Assembly: GCA_963796275.1 (NCBI GenBank)
Contig: CAWCKY010000004.1
Span: 800,001 to 864,000, forward strand
DNA length: 64,000 nucleotides
Direction: 5' to 3'
Source of the DNA: an uncultured Acidobacteriota bacterium
GTDB taxonomy: Bacteria > Acidobacteriota > Blastocatellia > RBC074
Positions within the stretch are counted from its first letter, which is position 1. Each line of letters starts with the position of its first letter. Below, piece after piece: positions 29,173-40,598 of the stretch. The notes under the pieces were generated by a model. It ran no database searches, was not told the origin of the DNA, and was given only the letters and a program-made list of their open reading frames with translations. The position numbers were made by a program, and so were the translations under genes.

Positions 29173-31631
29173 CCAGACAACTGCTGCTCGCCTCACTCTT
29201 CGCGCTCTTCACCGCTACGCCCGTATTTGCGCAGGTGGATATCATCTACACCGGAACGGCGCAACCTTCCCTGGATTCCGCCACGATCACCGGGGCACAA
29301 CGCGGAACGACGGTCACAATGGATGTTAATGGCCGAAACCTCAGTGGAAACGGGGCAATCGGGGCACCCGGAGCAACTGAGGTAATCTTCAACAAGGCGG
29401 GATTCACCGCGAAGATTCTCGCCTCCGCTGAACGGCTGCGCGAGAAGCCCAAGGCCATTCCGCTGACGACCGTCATTGTGGACAAATCGACATTGAACCG
29501 CATCACTCTCGAGATAGCCATTGCCGCGTCTGTCGAGCCGGGCATTTACAGGTTCCGGCTGATAACCCCGATGGGAACTACTAATACGCTTCCTTTCGCC
29601 GTCACGCCATTTCCCGAAATAACTGAGCGCGGCATGAATCAATCGCTCGAGACCGCGCAGACGATCGCGCTGCCGGCAACCATTACCGGGAATATCGGTC
29701 GCCAGGGCGAGGCCGATTATTACAAGTTCAAGGCGCAGGCCGGGCAACAGATCGTCTTTGAACCGGTGGCTGCAGCCATCGGATCGCGGCTCAATCCCGT
29801 CATCTCATTATTTGACGGCGACGGAAATCGATTGGCGGCGAACGACGAGGTCAATCTCAAAGGCGAATCGCCGCTCGGTTACACGATCAAGGCTGAGGGC
29901 GAATATATCGTAAGCATCACCGACGCCGAACGCGAGGCTGGGCTTGAGTACCGTCTGAACGTTGGCGAGTTTGCGTACGTCACCGGCGCGTTCCCGCTCG
30001 GGATCAAGCAGGGTGCAGCCGGCAAGGTGGCGCTCAGCGGGTTCAACCTAAGTGGAAGTCAAAAGGTGACTGCCCCGGCGGTCGGATCTCGAGACGAACC
30101 GTGGATGATCCGCGGGAACGGCGCGAAGGGCGAATCGCTCAACCGTTTGCAATTGGATGCCGGACTGTATCCCGAAATAATCGAGGGCAGCCGCAACAAC
30201 ACGCCGGCATCGGCTCAGGCGGTGCAACTTCCGGCGACGATAAACGGGCGTATCTTCAGTAACAGCGAGGTAAAAAAAGAAGAAATTTCCAATCGACCTA
30301 TAGATGTCGATCAGAGTGCCGTTGCTGAAGATTACTTTCGATTCCACGCGAAGAAGGGGCAGAAGTTAATTCTCGAAGTCGCGGCCCAACGGTTCGGTTC
30401 GCCGCTCGATTCGGTGATCGAAGTCCTTGACGCGCGCGGCCTCCCGATTCCGCGCGCGGTCCTGCGGTCTCTGCTCGCCACCGAGACGACGCTGAGCGAT
30501 CGCGACTCGTTTACAGCCGGTCTTCGGCTCCTGAATTGGAGCGGGATGAGACCGGGCGACTATCTGTTGGCAGGCAGCGAGCTCGTACGGATCGAGAGGC
30601 TGCCCTTCTTTCCGGATGACGACACAATCGTGGCTAACTCCGACGGAATCCGCTACGGTTTTGAGGATACGACGCCGGAGACTCTCGCGATGGGGACGCC
30701 TGTTTACAAAGTTTCGATCCACCCGCCCGGATCGACGTTCTCTTCCAACGGATTGCCGGTCAGGACACTCTACTACCGCAATGATGATGCCGGCCCGCAT
30801 TATGGTTTCGCCGGAATGAAAGATTCGCGCCTGACCTTCACCGCTCCGGCGGATGGCGAGTACCTCGTGCGGATTCGCGACGTGCGCGGACTCTCGGGAG
30901 AGCGCTTCGCATATCGGCTCGCCATTCACGAACCACATCCGGATTTTTCTCTGGCCATCGAACCGGAGAACCCGAACGTGCCGCTCGGCGGGTCGCGCGA
31001 CCTGCGAGTGCGCGCCGTCAGGTGGGACGGTTTCGACGGCGAGATCGAGGTTAAACTCTTGAATGTTCCGGAGGGATTCACCGCGATGAATACGAAGATT
31101 CCTGCGGGTCAAAATTCCGGAGTCGTGATTTTATCGGCCGCGCCCGATGCGAAAGGTCATTTCGGGCTGCAGGCCGAGGGCGTTGCCACCATCGGTAAGC
31201 AGCGGGTCGTGCGCATAGTCCCGGTCGGTCAGGAGTTGAGCATCGTATCCGTCGCGCCGCCGCCCGAAGTTCTGGTATTCACGAAGGAACGACAGGTCGA
31301 CGTCGCGCCCGGCGCGGACGGATTTGTAAACATCAACATCAAACGGCAGGAAGGTTTCGCAGGGCGCGTGCCTTTCGATGTTGTCGGGCTGCCGCACGGA
31401 GTGACGCTGCGCGATCTTGGGCTGAATGGGATATTGATCACCGAAGGGGAATCGGCTACGCGGTTTCGTTTTGATGTTCAGCCGTGGGTTAAACCGCAGG
31501 AACAGCAAATATACGTCGTCGGAACGATCGAGACATCCGGACGGCAACAACAACGCTTTCCTGCCGCGCCGATTACCCTTTCGATCAAACCGAATAAACC
31601 GAAAGATAGCGCAGCGAACGGCACTCGGTGA
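29169..31631 (+). CDS. Secreted multi-PPC (pre-peptidase C-terminal-like) domain protein
   Basis: Repeated E...N.....AQ...LP.TI.G, D.Y.F.A..GQ, GS.LD.V, DS.L.F.AP.DG.Y..R.RD. Confidence 0.8.
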   Translation: MTRQLLLASLFALFTATPVFAQVDIIYTGTAQPSLDSATITGAQRGTTVTMDVNGRNLSGNGAIGAPGATEVIFNKAGFTAKILASAERLREKPKAIPLTTVIVDKSTLNRITLEIAIAASVEPGIYRFRLITPMGTTNTLPFAVTPFPEITERGMNQSLETAQTIALPATITGNIGRQGEADYYKFKAQAGQQIVFEPVAAAIGSRLNPVISLFDGDGNRLAANDEVNLKGESPLGYTIKAEGEYIVSITDAEREAGLEYRLNVGEFAYVTGAFPLGIKQGAAGKVALSGFNLSGSQKVTAPAVGSRDEPWMIRGNGAKGESLNRLQLDAGLYPEIIEGSRNNTPASAQAVQLPATINGRIFSNSEVKKEEISNRPIDVDQSAVAEDYFRFHAKKGQKLILEVAAQRFGSPLDSVIEVLDARGLPIPRAVLRSLLATETTLSDRDSFTAGLRLLNWSGMRPGDYLLAGSELVRIERLPFFPDDDTIVANSDGIRYGFEDTTPETLAMGTPVYKVSIHPPGSTFSSNGLPVRTLYYRNDDAGPHYGFAGMKDSRLTFTAPADGEYLVRIRDVRGLSGERFAYRLAIHEPHPDFSLAIEPENPNVPLGGSRDLRVRAVRWDGFDGEIEVKLLNVPEGFTAMNTKIPAGQNSGVVILSAAPDAKGHFGLQAEGVATIGKQRVVRIVPVGQELSIVSVAPPPEVLVFTKERQVDVAPGADGFVNINIKRQEGFAGRVPFDVVGLPHGVTLRDLGLNGILITEGESATRFRFDVQPWVKPQEQQIYVVGTIETSGRQQQRFPAAPITLSIKPNKPKDSAANGTR

Positions 31632-31739
31632 AGATGGCTGAAGTCCGTTAAACGGGTGGGGACCAATCCCTTATTCTATCGAATCTGAACAACACGCTCT
31701 CAGTTATTCATGCGAAGGAACCCAGAACGGCAAAATGTG

Positions 31740-31776
31740 CGAAGAGGCAAAACCTTCAGGATTTTGCCTCTTTCGC
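31740..31776. terminator. Probable bidirectional intrinsic terminator
   Basis: GAAGAGGCAAAACC-TTCA-GGATTTTGCCTCTT hairpin between convergent genes. Confidence 0.55.
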
Positions 31777-31822
31777 GGTTGTTTTCTTTGTTTCCCCCCT
31801 GACTTTTGCGGTCAACAATTTA

Positions 31823-32584
31823 TTACATTCTCAATAAATTGATATCACCCGAAACCGTTGATAGCTTCAGATTACGCGAGCCGTTTCCCAGACGCCCGTT
31901 GGCGCTGCGGCCGGGTCCGTGCTTCTTCTCTTCGACCTGAAGCGGAAAATCAGTTTTTAAATCGCCGCTCAATGTTGACATCTTCACATCAGCGTCCAGG
32001 TTTCCCGGAAGCTTAACGTCTACATCACCACTGACCGAGTTAAACTCCATACTGCCCGCTCCGTCCGTCCCTTCCAGGCTCTGGATTTCCACTTCGACAT
32101 CGCCGCTGACCGATGCCGCGTTAACCGCGCCGGCGGCGCCTTTGACTGATACATCGCCGCTGACGGATTTCGCGTGCAACTCGCCTTTCACGCTGGATAC
32201 TTGAACGTCGCCGCTCACGCTCGATATCGAATCGTAGCGATAGCTTATGCCGCTCGGGACTTTGACATCGAAGCGCACGCTCACATTGCAATTACAATTC
32301 TCCGGATAACGCGCGCGTACATCGACATTGTTGCCGCCGCTCGAATCTTCGATCGTCACCTGATCACGATCGGGGCCTTCCTTGTATGCAGTGACGGTGA
32401 TGGTATCGCCGTTGTAACCGGTTACTGTAACATCACCTGAGATGTTGCGAATATTAACACCACCGCCCGCGCCTACCCGGTAGTTCTTCTGGAAATCCTG
32501 CGCGGAGACGGATATGGTGAGTAGCAAACAAATAACACTCGCGATTGTTATTGTACGAAACAGATAGCTTTTCATTATGCGCAC
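31823..32584 (-). CDS. DUF4097 family beta-strand repeat (adhesin-like) protein
   Basis: Signal peptide; repeated SVSGDV motifs. Confidence 0.85.
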   Translation of the reverse strand: MRIMKSYLFRTITIASVICLLLTISVSAQDFQKNYRVGAGGGVNIRNISGDVTVTGYNGDTITVTAYKEGPDRDQVTIEDSSGGNNVDVRARYPENCNCNVSVRFDVKVPSGISYRYDSISSVSGDVQVSSVKGELHAKSVSGDVSVKGAAGAVNAASVSGDVEVEIQSLEGTDGAGSMEFNSVSGDVDVKLPGNLDADVKMSTLSGDLKTDFPLQVEEKKHGPGRSANGRLGNGSRNLKLSTVSGDINLLRM

Positions 32585-32763
32585 CGATCCTTTCGAGAGT
32601 AGAGGTTTATAGCTCGTAACGACGTGTAAGTGGCAATAGATATCGAAAGGTTTCAGTCATCACCAAAACAACCGCAAAAAAAAAACACGAAGGGGAACGC
32701 AAAAAAAGCCACAAATCTATCGTTTTGCGGCTTTTGTGTCCCCCTTTTTATGATGATTTCGGT

Positions 32764-33732
32764 TTATTGTAGCGGATAAGCCAGGCGCTGCTCTTTTCTG
32801 AACCGATGCAATACCTTATGGACCTGGCGCGCCGTAATCCCGTCTATTTGCTGCGCCAGCGTTGTATGCAGACCGAGCTCGGGGGGATTCGGAGCCTCAA
32901 GATATTGCAGGTATGCTTCCCGGATGCGTTGGGCGACCTCATCCGGCACATCACCCACGTTCGCAAATTTGCGGTCGTCGTCGTAAAGCATGTCGAGCCA
33001 TCTCGATACCTGATAGCTGGTGGCAAATCCGACCTGCTCTGCGATCATATCCGGCAGCTCGTGCAGGCGATAGCGCCCCTTCCTGAGTTCATTCCAGTAG
33101 AATTTCTCCATGATGAACTTCTGCTCGCGCGTAAGTTCTTTCGTGGGGGACAGCTCATGTTGGCTCAGCGACCACTGGTAAACGATGTCTTTAACCTGGT
33201 GGTATGGGATGGCGAGGGCACTGCTGATCGTCCTTCTGCGGCCGTTTTCAGGTCTCTCTCCTCTCCTGACATATCCCTCATAGGTTTGAATGACGCTCGC
33301 TCTCAACTCCGGAGTGATGACTACCTCGGGTTGTTGTATCCTGAGAATCATCGTGCTCACAATCGAGCGTTTCAACCAAACCTTGTCGGATATCTGTTTC
33401 ACTATTTCGGCCTGCAGGATATCCTTACCGGCATACTCATCCCGATAGATCTGCTCAATGCGCTCGCCCAGTTCCGGCGTCAGCTCCACACCCTTAGACG
33501 GCTTCCTCTCCGGCTCTTTACGAGATTTAACCGCGGACCCCACCGGTCGCGAAATTTTAGATACCGCGCGAGCAGGTGACGAGGTAGGCCTGAACACGGC
33601 CCGCGCCTGTTCCGGCGCAGATTTCGCGGGGCGCTTCTTATAACACTTCTGACATAATCGAGCCTTACGCTCCGGCGTGAAAAAGACAGAGCCGCAGCCG
33701 GCGCATTGAAGGCGAAATTTTATTCCACTCAT
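32764..33732 (-). CDS. Hypothetical protein: N-terminal Zn ribbon plus four homeodomain-like helical repeats
   Basis: CAGC...CQKC; basic linker; four repeats of about 55-60 aa beginning [LIV][TP].E....I...Y. Confidence 0.75.
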   Translation of the reverse strand: MSGIKFRLQCAGCGSVFFTPERKARLCQKCYKKRPAKSAPEQARAVFRPTSSPARAVSKISRPVGSAVKSRKEPERKPSKGVELTPELGERIEQIYRDEYAGKDILQAEIVKQISDKVWLKRSIVSTMILRIQQPEVVITPELRASVIQTYEGYVRRGERPENGRRRTISSALAIPYHQVKDIVYQWSLSQHELSPTKELTREQKFIMEKFYWNELRKGRYRLHELPDMIAEQVGFATSYQVSRWLDMLYDDDRKFANVGDVPDEVAQRIREAYLQYLEAPNPPELGLHTTLAQQIDGITARQVHKVLHRFRKEQRLAYPLQ

Positions 33733-33742
33733 AAATATATCC

Positions 33743-34735
33743 TTATTCGATGATCGGGATTATCAAGGCACAACTCTCTTCTTCAAAAACCCGCTTCAAT
33801 CTTCCGAACATCTCTTTATCCCTATAAGTTCCAATGATCGAGCCGCCCGAGCCGGCGAATTTGGCGGAAGCGCCAATCTCGCGTGCCAATTCAACCATCC
33901 TGATGTGTTTGGAATTGAGATTATAGATGCTTCGGCGCGTATCGAAATTCTTATTGATTAAACCCGCAAGTGCCTGGTAATCGCTTAAACAATCGCGCGC
34001 CTGTCGGGCCAGATCGGCTATCGTACTCATCGCATCGATCACCTTCGTTTCACCGCTATCATAGCGTTTGCGGATGTCATTGTGAAAGACCTCAGACGGC
34101 TCAGCCAGCTCGGTTTGATAGGCAATGTACAGGGGCGGCAAGATTCCGGGGTCGAGCGGTTCGTATATCCCGTGACCGTGCTGGCACATGTATTCGCTAT
34201 CGAAATCCATATAGACCAGCCCCTCATAAACCTGCGCGACGCGATCCTGCAAGCCGGCGCTGATTCCCAACTCGTCTTTTTCAACCGAAAGGATGAGGGC
34301 CGGTAGTATCTCTTTCGGTATCTCCACATCATAAAACCGGCAGAGAGCGCGCATCGTCGCAGTCACTATCGCGCTGGATCCGGCAAGTCCGACCTGCCGC
34401 GGAATGTTCGACGAGTAGCGCAATGAGAAACTGCCGGCCTTAAGCTCGATCTGCTTTCCCAGGCAGTACTCGGCAAATCGTTTGATCGCGGCTTTGACCA
34501 GTCGCAACCCTCCATAGTAACCGTTCAACCTGGTGTCGTGCAAAAAATCTTCTATGCTGTTGAATCGGCAGTGATCCTGCCGGGTCGGAATGATCTCCAG
34601 TTCGGGCCATTCATATATGACCACCTCGGCCGAGAAGTTTTTGACGATCAGACTGATGGTCTTACCGTGATAGCCGTCGGACGGATTGCCTATCAAGCCT
34701 GCCCGCGCATAGGCTCTGGTTTTAAAGATTCTCAC
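33743..34735 (-). CDS. GHMP kinase, glucuronokinase-like
   Basis: [72 protein letters not shown] all match plant glucuronokinase motifs as I recall them. Confidence 0.85.
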   Translation of the reverse strand: MRIFKTRAYARAGLIGNPSDGYHGKTISLIVKNFSAEVVIYEWPELEIIPTRQDHCRFNSIEDFLHDTRLNGYYGGLRLVKAAIKRFAEYCLGKQIELKAGSFSLRYSSNIPRQVGLAGSSAIVTATMRALCRFYDVEIPKEILPALILSVEKDELGISAGLQDRVAQVYEGLVYMDFDSEYMCQHGHGIYEPLDPGILPPLYIAYQTELAEPSEVFHNDIRKRYDSGETKVIDAMSTIADLARQARDCLSDYQALAGLINKNFDTRRSIYNLNSKHIRMVELAREIGASAKFAGSGGSIIGTYRDKEMFGRLKRVFEEESCALIIPIIE

Positions 34736-35609
34736 CTATTAACTCCTTGACGTGTTTGCGCAATCGTTCACCATAGACGGGATCGGTGAGCGCAAATTCG
34801 ATGAAGGTTTCAAAGTAGCTATCGAAATTGCCGATGTCGTAGCGTTTCTCGGTCGCGGGCAGCCGGACGCCGACGATTCGCTTGCCTTCCCCCAGCATGA
34901 GGCGGATCGCATCGGTCAATTGTATTTCGCCGCGATGATCAAAACCCGTGCGTTTGATCGCTCCGAAAAGGTCGGGCGCAAAAACGTACCGTCCTGCGAT
35001 CGCCCAATTGCTCGGCGCTTCATCGCGCCGGGGCTTCTCGACCAGATCGGTGATCCCGAACACTTCACCGCCGTCCGATTCTTTGACTATCCCGTACATC
35101 GAAACTTCGCGGGCCGGCACTTCTTCGACTGCAATGGCGCAAGCGGCCTCGTGCGCCTGGAATGCGTCGATCAACCTCTTGACGATAAGCGAAGGCTGAT
35201 GGCGGCCGATGATCGAGTCGCCCAGCGCAACGACGAACGGTTCCGTTCCGGTAAAGTTTTCCGCGCAGAGCACGGCATCGCCGAGTCCTCGCTGCCGCCG
35301 CTGGCGCGTGTAAAGAAAATGGAGACCCATACGCTCATACTCGAGCTCCTCTAGCAGGTCCTCTTTTCCGGTCTCGCGTAGCGTGCGGATCAGATCGGGA
35401 TCATCGTCGAAATGGTCTTCAATCGAGCTCTTCCCCCGCCCGGTGACGAAGAGGACACGCTTCATCCCGCACAGATGCAACTCTTCTACGATGTACTGGA
35501 CGATCGGCTTCTTCCCCACTGGAAGCATCTCTTTGGGCTGTGATTTGGTGGCCGGAAGCAATCGCGTGCCCAGACCGGCGACTGGGATGACGGCATTGTA
35601 AATATTCAT
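34722..35609 (-). CDS. galU: UTP--sugar-1-phosphate uridylyltransferase (GalU family)
   Basis: [48 protein letters not shown]; overlaps the kinase gene by 14 bp. Confidence 0.88.
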   Translation of the reverse strand: MNIYNAVIPVAGLGTRLLPATKSQPKEMLPVGKKPIVQYIVEELHLCGMKRVLFVTGRGKSSIEDHFDDDPDLIRTLRETGKEDLLEELEYERMGLHFLYTRQRRQRGLGDAVLCAENFTGTEPFVVALGDSIIGRHQPSLIVKRLIDAFQAHEAACAIAVEEVPAREVSMYGIVKESDGGEVFGITDLVEKPRRDEAPSNWAIAGRYVFAPDLFGAIKRTGFDHRGEIQLTDAIRLMLGEGKRIVGVRLPATEKRYDIGNFDSYFETFIEFALTDPVYGERLRKHVKELIGENL

Positions 35610-35884
35610 AGGAATTCGCAGTTAAATATGTTAACAATTCAGCGACTCAGCCCGAGTTACATGAAAACGGGCCGCGAACCGATGCGAAACGGGGGCGTAA
35701 GCGACCTGTGCCCTGGCACAGTCGGTTACACCCCAACGCTGCTCTACTTATATGACTTAAGGGCCTAATTCAACTGTATCAATTCATTGAAAGCCAATGG
35801 TAATATAAGGCACGCCCCGCGGCGAGTGCCAAGAAATTGAAAGATATTAACGCTAGATTTAAGCCCTGGAGAAGACCATCCGTG

Positions 35885-37216
35885 ATGACCTCACATGCAA
35901 TAAAGAGTTATCACACACTGCTGACGAAGTCTCTGGCAGAGGATGCGGCTGAGAAGCTGATTGAGGGAACGAAGAGTCACAACCTGTTGTTTGAGGAACA
36001 GCCAGTCTGCAACGTTTTGCGGCCGGTCCTTATCACGGCCGAACAGTACGATTACATCAAGCGCGAATCCACGTTAGTGCTATCGGCGATCAGGAAGCTG
36101 GGAAAGGCGATGATGGCCGATGCCAGGCTACGCTCGATGCTGGACCTCTCTCCAATGGAGGAGCAGATCATAGCATTCGAGCCGGGTTATGGCGCGCCGG
36201 ACGCCACCGGCAGGCTCGATGCCCTCTTCGACACGCGCGGCGAATTCAACCTCGTTCGATACAACGCGGACTGCCTCGCCGGGCTGCCCTACGCCGATGT
36301 CTTATGCGAGTTATTTGTGAAGATGAAGGTCGTGCGGGAATTTTCGCGCAAGTTTCATATACGCGGCATCGAGATCAGGCCTCGGATACTTGAGATCCTG
36401 GCCAGATGCTATCGCCAGTCGAACCCCTTGCACCTGCGCGAACACATGCGCATCGCCATCGTCGACTGGAAAGATAACCTGGCGAGCCCCGAACTCGAGT
36501 TATGGCGGGAATACTTTGAATCGCACGGCTATCCGACAATCATCGCCGATCCCGACGAACTGGAGTATCGCGGAGGTTGGTTGCGCGCTGGAGATTTCGA
36601 AATCAACATCGTCTACAAACGAGTGATCACCCGCGAATTGCTGGCGCGCTGCGGAATGAATCATCCGCTCGTGCGTGCGGCGTGTGAACGTGCGGTCTGC
36701 GTCGTCAACTCGTTCCGATCGACCATGCTCGCGAAGAAAGCGATCTTCGCGTTACTCGACGATCCGGCTTATGACGACCTCTTCTCGGTCGACGAGGTCG
36801 GCGCTATCTGCCGCCACATCCCATGGACTCGCCTCCTGCGCGAGGGCATAACGACCTACCGCGGGCGTAGCATAGACCTATTGGATTTCGTCTCGACCCA
36901 TCAAAACATTCTGGCGCTGAAACCCAACGGAGACTATGGCGGTCAGGGAGAGACGATAGGATGGGAGTGCAGCAGCGAAGAGTGGGCGCGCGCAATCAAA
37001 TACTCGCTTTCAGATTCATATGTGGTTCAGGAGCGTATAGATGTTTTAAAACAATCATTCCCCGTGCTGCGGGATGGGGAGCTTAAATATGAAGACCTCA
37101 GCGTAGATTTCGATCCGTATACGTGGTGCGGCGAGGGAGTTGAAGGCGCCGGCATCAGGCTTTCGGCATTTTCAGGCCGCGGCGGATGGACAGCTCCGAT
37201 GCTCATTATTGAGTGA
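35885..37216 (+). CDS. Circularly permuted ATP-grasp family protein, possibly degenerate
   Basis: LRP, GRLD, AIVDW, IVYKR, KK..FA.L.D, IPWTR, LKP..DYGG.G, VVQE; the ExN position reads RYN. Confidence 0.75.
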   Translation: MTSHAIKSYHTLLTKSLAEDAAEKLIEGTKSHNLLFEEQPVCNVLRPVLITAEQYDYIKRESTLVLSAIRKLGKAMMADARLRSMLDLSPMEEQIIAFEPGYGAPDATGRLDALFDTRGEFNLVRYNADCLAGLPYADVLCELFVKMKVVREFSRKFHIRGIEIRPRILEILARCYRQSNPLHLREHMRIAIVDWKDNLASPELELWREYFESHGYPTIIADPDELEYRGGWLRAGDFEINIVYKRVITRELLARCGMNHPLVRAACERAVCVVNSFRSTMLAKKAIFALLDDPAYDDLFSVDEVGAICRHIPWTRLLREGITTYRGRSIDLLDFVSTHQNILALKPNGDYGGQGETIGWECSSEEWARAIKYSLSDSYVVQERIDVLKQSFPVLRDGELKYEDLSVDFDPYTWCGEGVEGAGIRLSAFSGRGGWTAPMLIIE

Positions 37217-37330
37217 AACAACCCGGGGACAAAATTTGGCCAAAAGAACGGTGATCGAAGCTAGCCCGGTCTCGAAAGCCTCGTCATTACTTAATACTCT
37301 TACGATTTGCTATCCGCGTTTGAGATCGTT

Positions 37331-38010
37331 TGGAGTTCCGCGTTTACGCGGTCTTTTTCTTTCGCATGATTCCAGACCGCCTGAAGGCGGTACTCCGAAC
37401 TATCGCTTGGAGTTCCGCGTTTACGCGGTCTTTTCTTTCGCATGATTCCAGACCGCCTGAAGGCGGTACTCCGAACTATCGTTTGGAGTTCCGCGTTTAC
37501 GCGGTCTTTTTTCTTTCGCATGATTCCAGACCGCCTGAAGGCGGTACTCCGAACTATCGTTTGGAGTTCCGCGTTTACGCGGTCTTTTTTCTTTCGCATG
37601 ATTCCAGATCGCCTGAAGGCGGTACTCCGAACTATCGCTTGGAGTTCCGCGTTTACGCGGTCTTTTTTCTTTCGCATGATTCCAGACCGCCTGAAGGCGG
37701 TACTCCGAACTATCGCTTGGAGTTCCGCGTTTACGCGGTCTTTTCTTTCGCATGATTCCAGACCGCCTGAAGGCGGAACTCCGAACTATCGTTTGGAGTT
37801 CCGCGTTTACGCGGTCTTTTTCTTTCGCATGATTCCAGACCGCCTGAAGGCGGAACTCCGAACTATCGTTTGGAGTTCCGCGTTTACGCGGTCTTTTTTC
37901 TTTCGCATGATTCCAGACCGCCTGAAGGCGGAACTCCGAACTATCGCGCTTGGAGTTCCGCGTTTACGCGGGCTTTTACTTTTCGATCGATTTTCTAACC
38001 GCCTGAAGGC
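37331..38010. repeat. Tandem array of about 77-bp REP doublets (8 full copies + 1 partial), BIME-like
   Basis: Units start at 37331, 37408, 37484, 37562, 37640, 37718, 37794, 37871 and 37951. Each has GGAGTTCCGCGTTTACGCGG and the inverted CCGCCTGAAGGCGG(T/A)ACTCC. Confidence 0.92.
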
Positions 38011-38138
38011 GCCTGTAAGGCAGCGGTAATGACGAGCCTGAAAGCCACATGCCTAAACTGCCGATATCCCGCTATCGCGGATGGCATGCGATATTTTATG
38101 CTGTCTGTCTTTTGTGAATTATGAGGTGACTTTCCGGT

Positions 38139-39494
<1,356 letters not shown>

Positions 39495-39654
39495 TTATAT
39501 GCGTCTTATATGCGTCTCACGTGGCCTCTGGTTCTTGATTATTCTATCTCATCGTGGAATACGAAAACTACCATTTACTATTGTCTGGGCTTAACCGTCA
39601 ACATAATTTTTAATAAGATCAGTCGTCAACCGAAGAAAAGGAGTCAAAAAATAT

Positions 39655-40521
39655 ATGATTTGTGTCAAATGCGGAACCAACCTGTCTGACGATGCTCGCT
39701 TTTGCAGCGTCTGCGGTTCAAATCTGGGCGCGACATCAGGAGGCAGGGCTGGCTTTCAAGGCGCGGGCGGTATCCAGATCGACAGCGACGGGCGCGGCGC
39801 CGGCCGCGGTTATAAATACGAGATTCTCCACCCTGGAGCATTCGCTCTGGCGCTCATCCAACTACAGCCGGAACAATCCATTCAGGCGGAAGCAGGCGCG
39901 ATGGTTTCGATGTCGGGAAATGTCGAATTGCAGTCGCAGATGAAAGGCGGGTTGATGGGCGCGCTCAAACGCGCGGTCGGCGGCGAATCGGCTTTCGTCT
40001 CCACCTTCACCGCGCATGGCGGGCCCGGCGAAGTGAGTTTCGCGCCCGGCGCGCCCGGAGATGTAGCGGCGATTGAGATGAATAATCAGATTTTTTACGT
40101 GCAATCGAGCTCGTACCTCGCGGGCGATATGAGCCTCCATATCGATACGCGATGGGGTGGAGCGAGATCGTTCTTCGGCGGCGAAGGACTGTTCGTCCTG
40201 CAGGTGCAGGGGTCCGGGCTCCTGCTCGTCTCGTCTTTCGGATCGATCCATCGCAAAAAACTCAATCACGGCGAACGGTATGTAGTCGATACCGGCCATC
40301 TGGTCGCGTGGGAAGGGCATATGCAATATGACCTGCGCAAAGCGTCGACCGCCGGTTGGTTCCGCAGTATGGTGAGCGGCGAAGGAATCGTGGCCGAATT
40401 TACGGGACCGGGTGAGATACTCATCCAGACGCGCAACCTGGCGGCATTCGCAGGGATACTCAAACCGTTCTTCCCATCACAATCGGGCGGCGCCGGGCTG
40501 GGAACACTATTTGGTGAGTAA
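39655..40521 (+). CDS. Zinc-ribbon + AIM24 (TIGR00266) family protein
   Basis: C..CG......FC..CG; AEAGAMVSMS, GGES.F, GGEGLF, VDTGH.VA, SGEG.V..FTGPG...QTRN. Confidence 0.88.
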   Translation: MICVKCGTNLSDDARFCSVCGSNLGATSGGRAGFQGAGGIQIDSDGRGAGRGYKYEILHPGAFALALIQLQPEQSIQAEAGAMVSMSGNVELQSQMKGGLMGALKRAVGGESAFVSTFTAHGGPGEVSFAPGAPGDVAAIEMNNQIFYVQSSSYLAGDMSLHIDTRWGGARSFFGGEGLFVLQVQGSGLLLVSSFGSIHRKKLNHGERYVVDTGHLVAWEGHMQYDLRKASTAGWFRSMVSGEGIVAEFTGPGEILIQTRNLAAFAGILKPFFPSQSGGAGLGTLFGE

Positions 40522-40598
40522 GCTATTCGATGAGGGAATATTGCGGATTTGCGACCATACAAAGGCATGATGGTGACAAATCCGCATTCCGTATTCAC

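Noticed and set aside
32806-33579. 257-aa plus-strand ORF, and similar long antisense ORFs (21630-22544, 30366-31112, 58140-58868)
   Set aside because: Antisense shadows of well-supported genes in GC-rich DNA, with no motifs.
37331-38010. CRISPR array
   Set aside because: The inter-repeat segments are identical rather than unique spacers, there are no cas genes, and the structure is a REP doublet array.
37300-38029. Repetitive ORFs in several frames across the array
   Set aside because: By-products of the DNA repeat; frames shift with T-run length.
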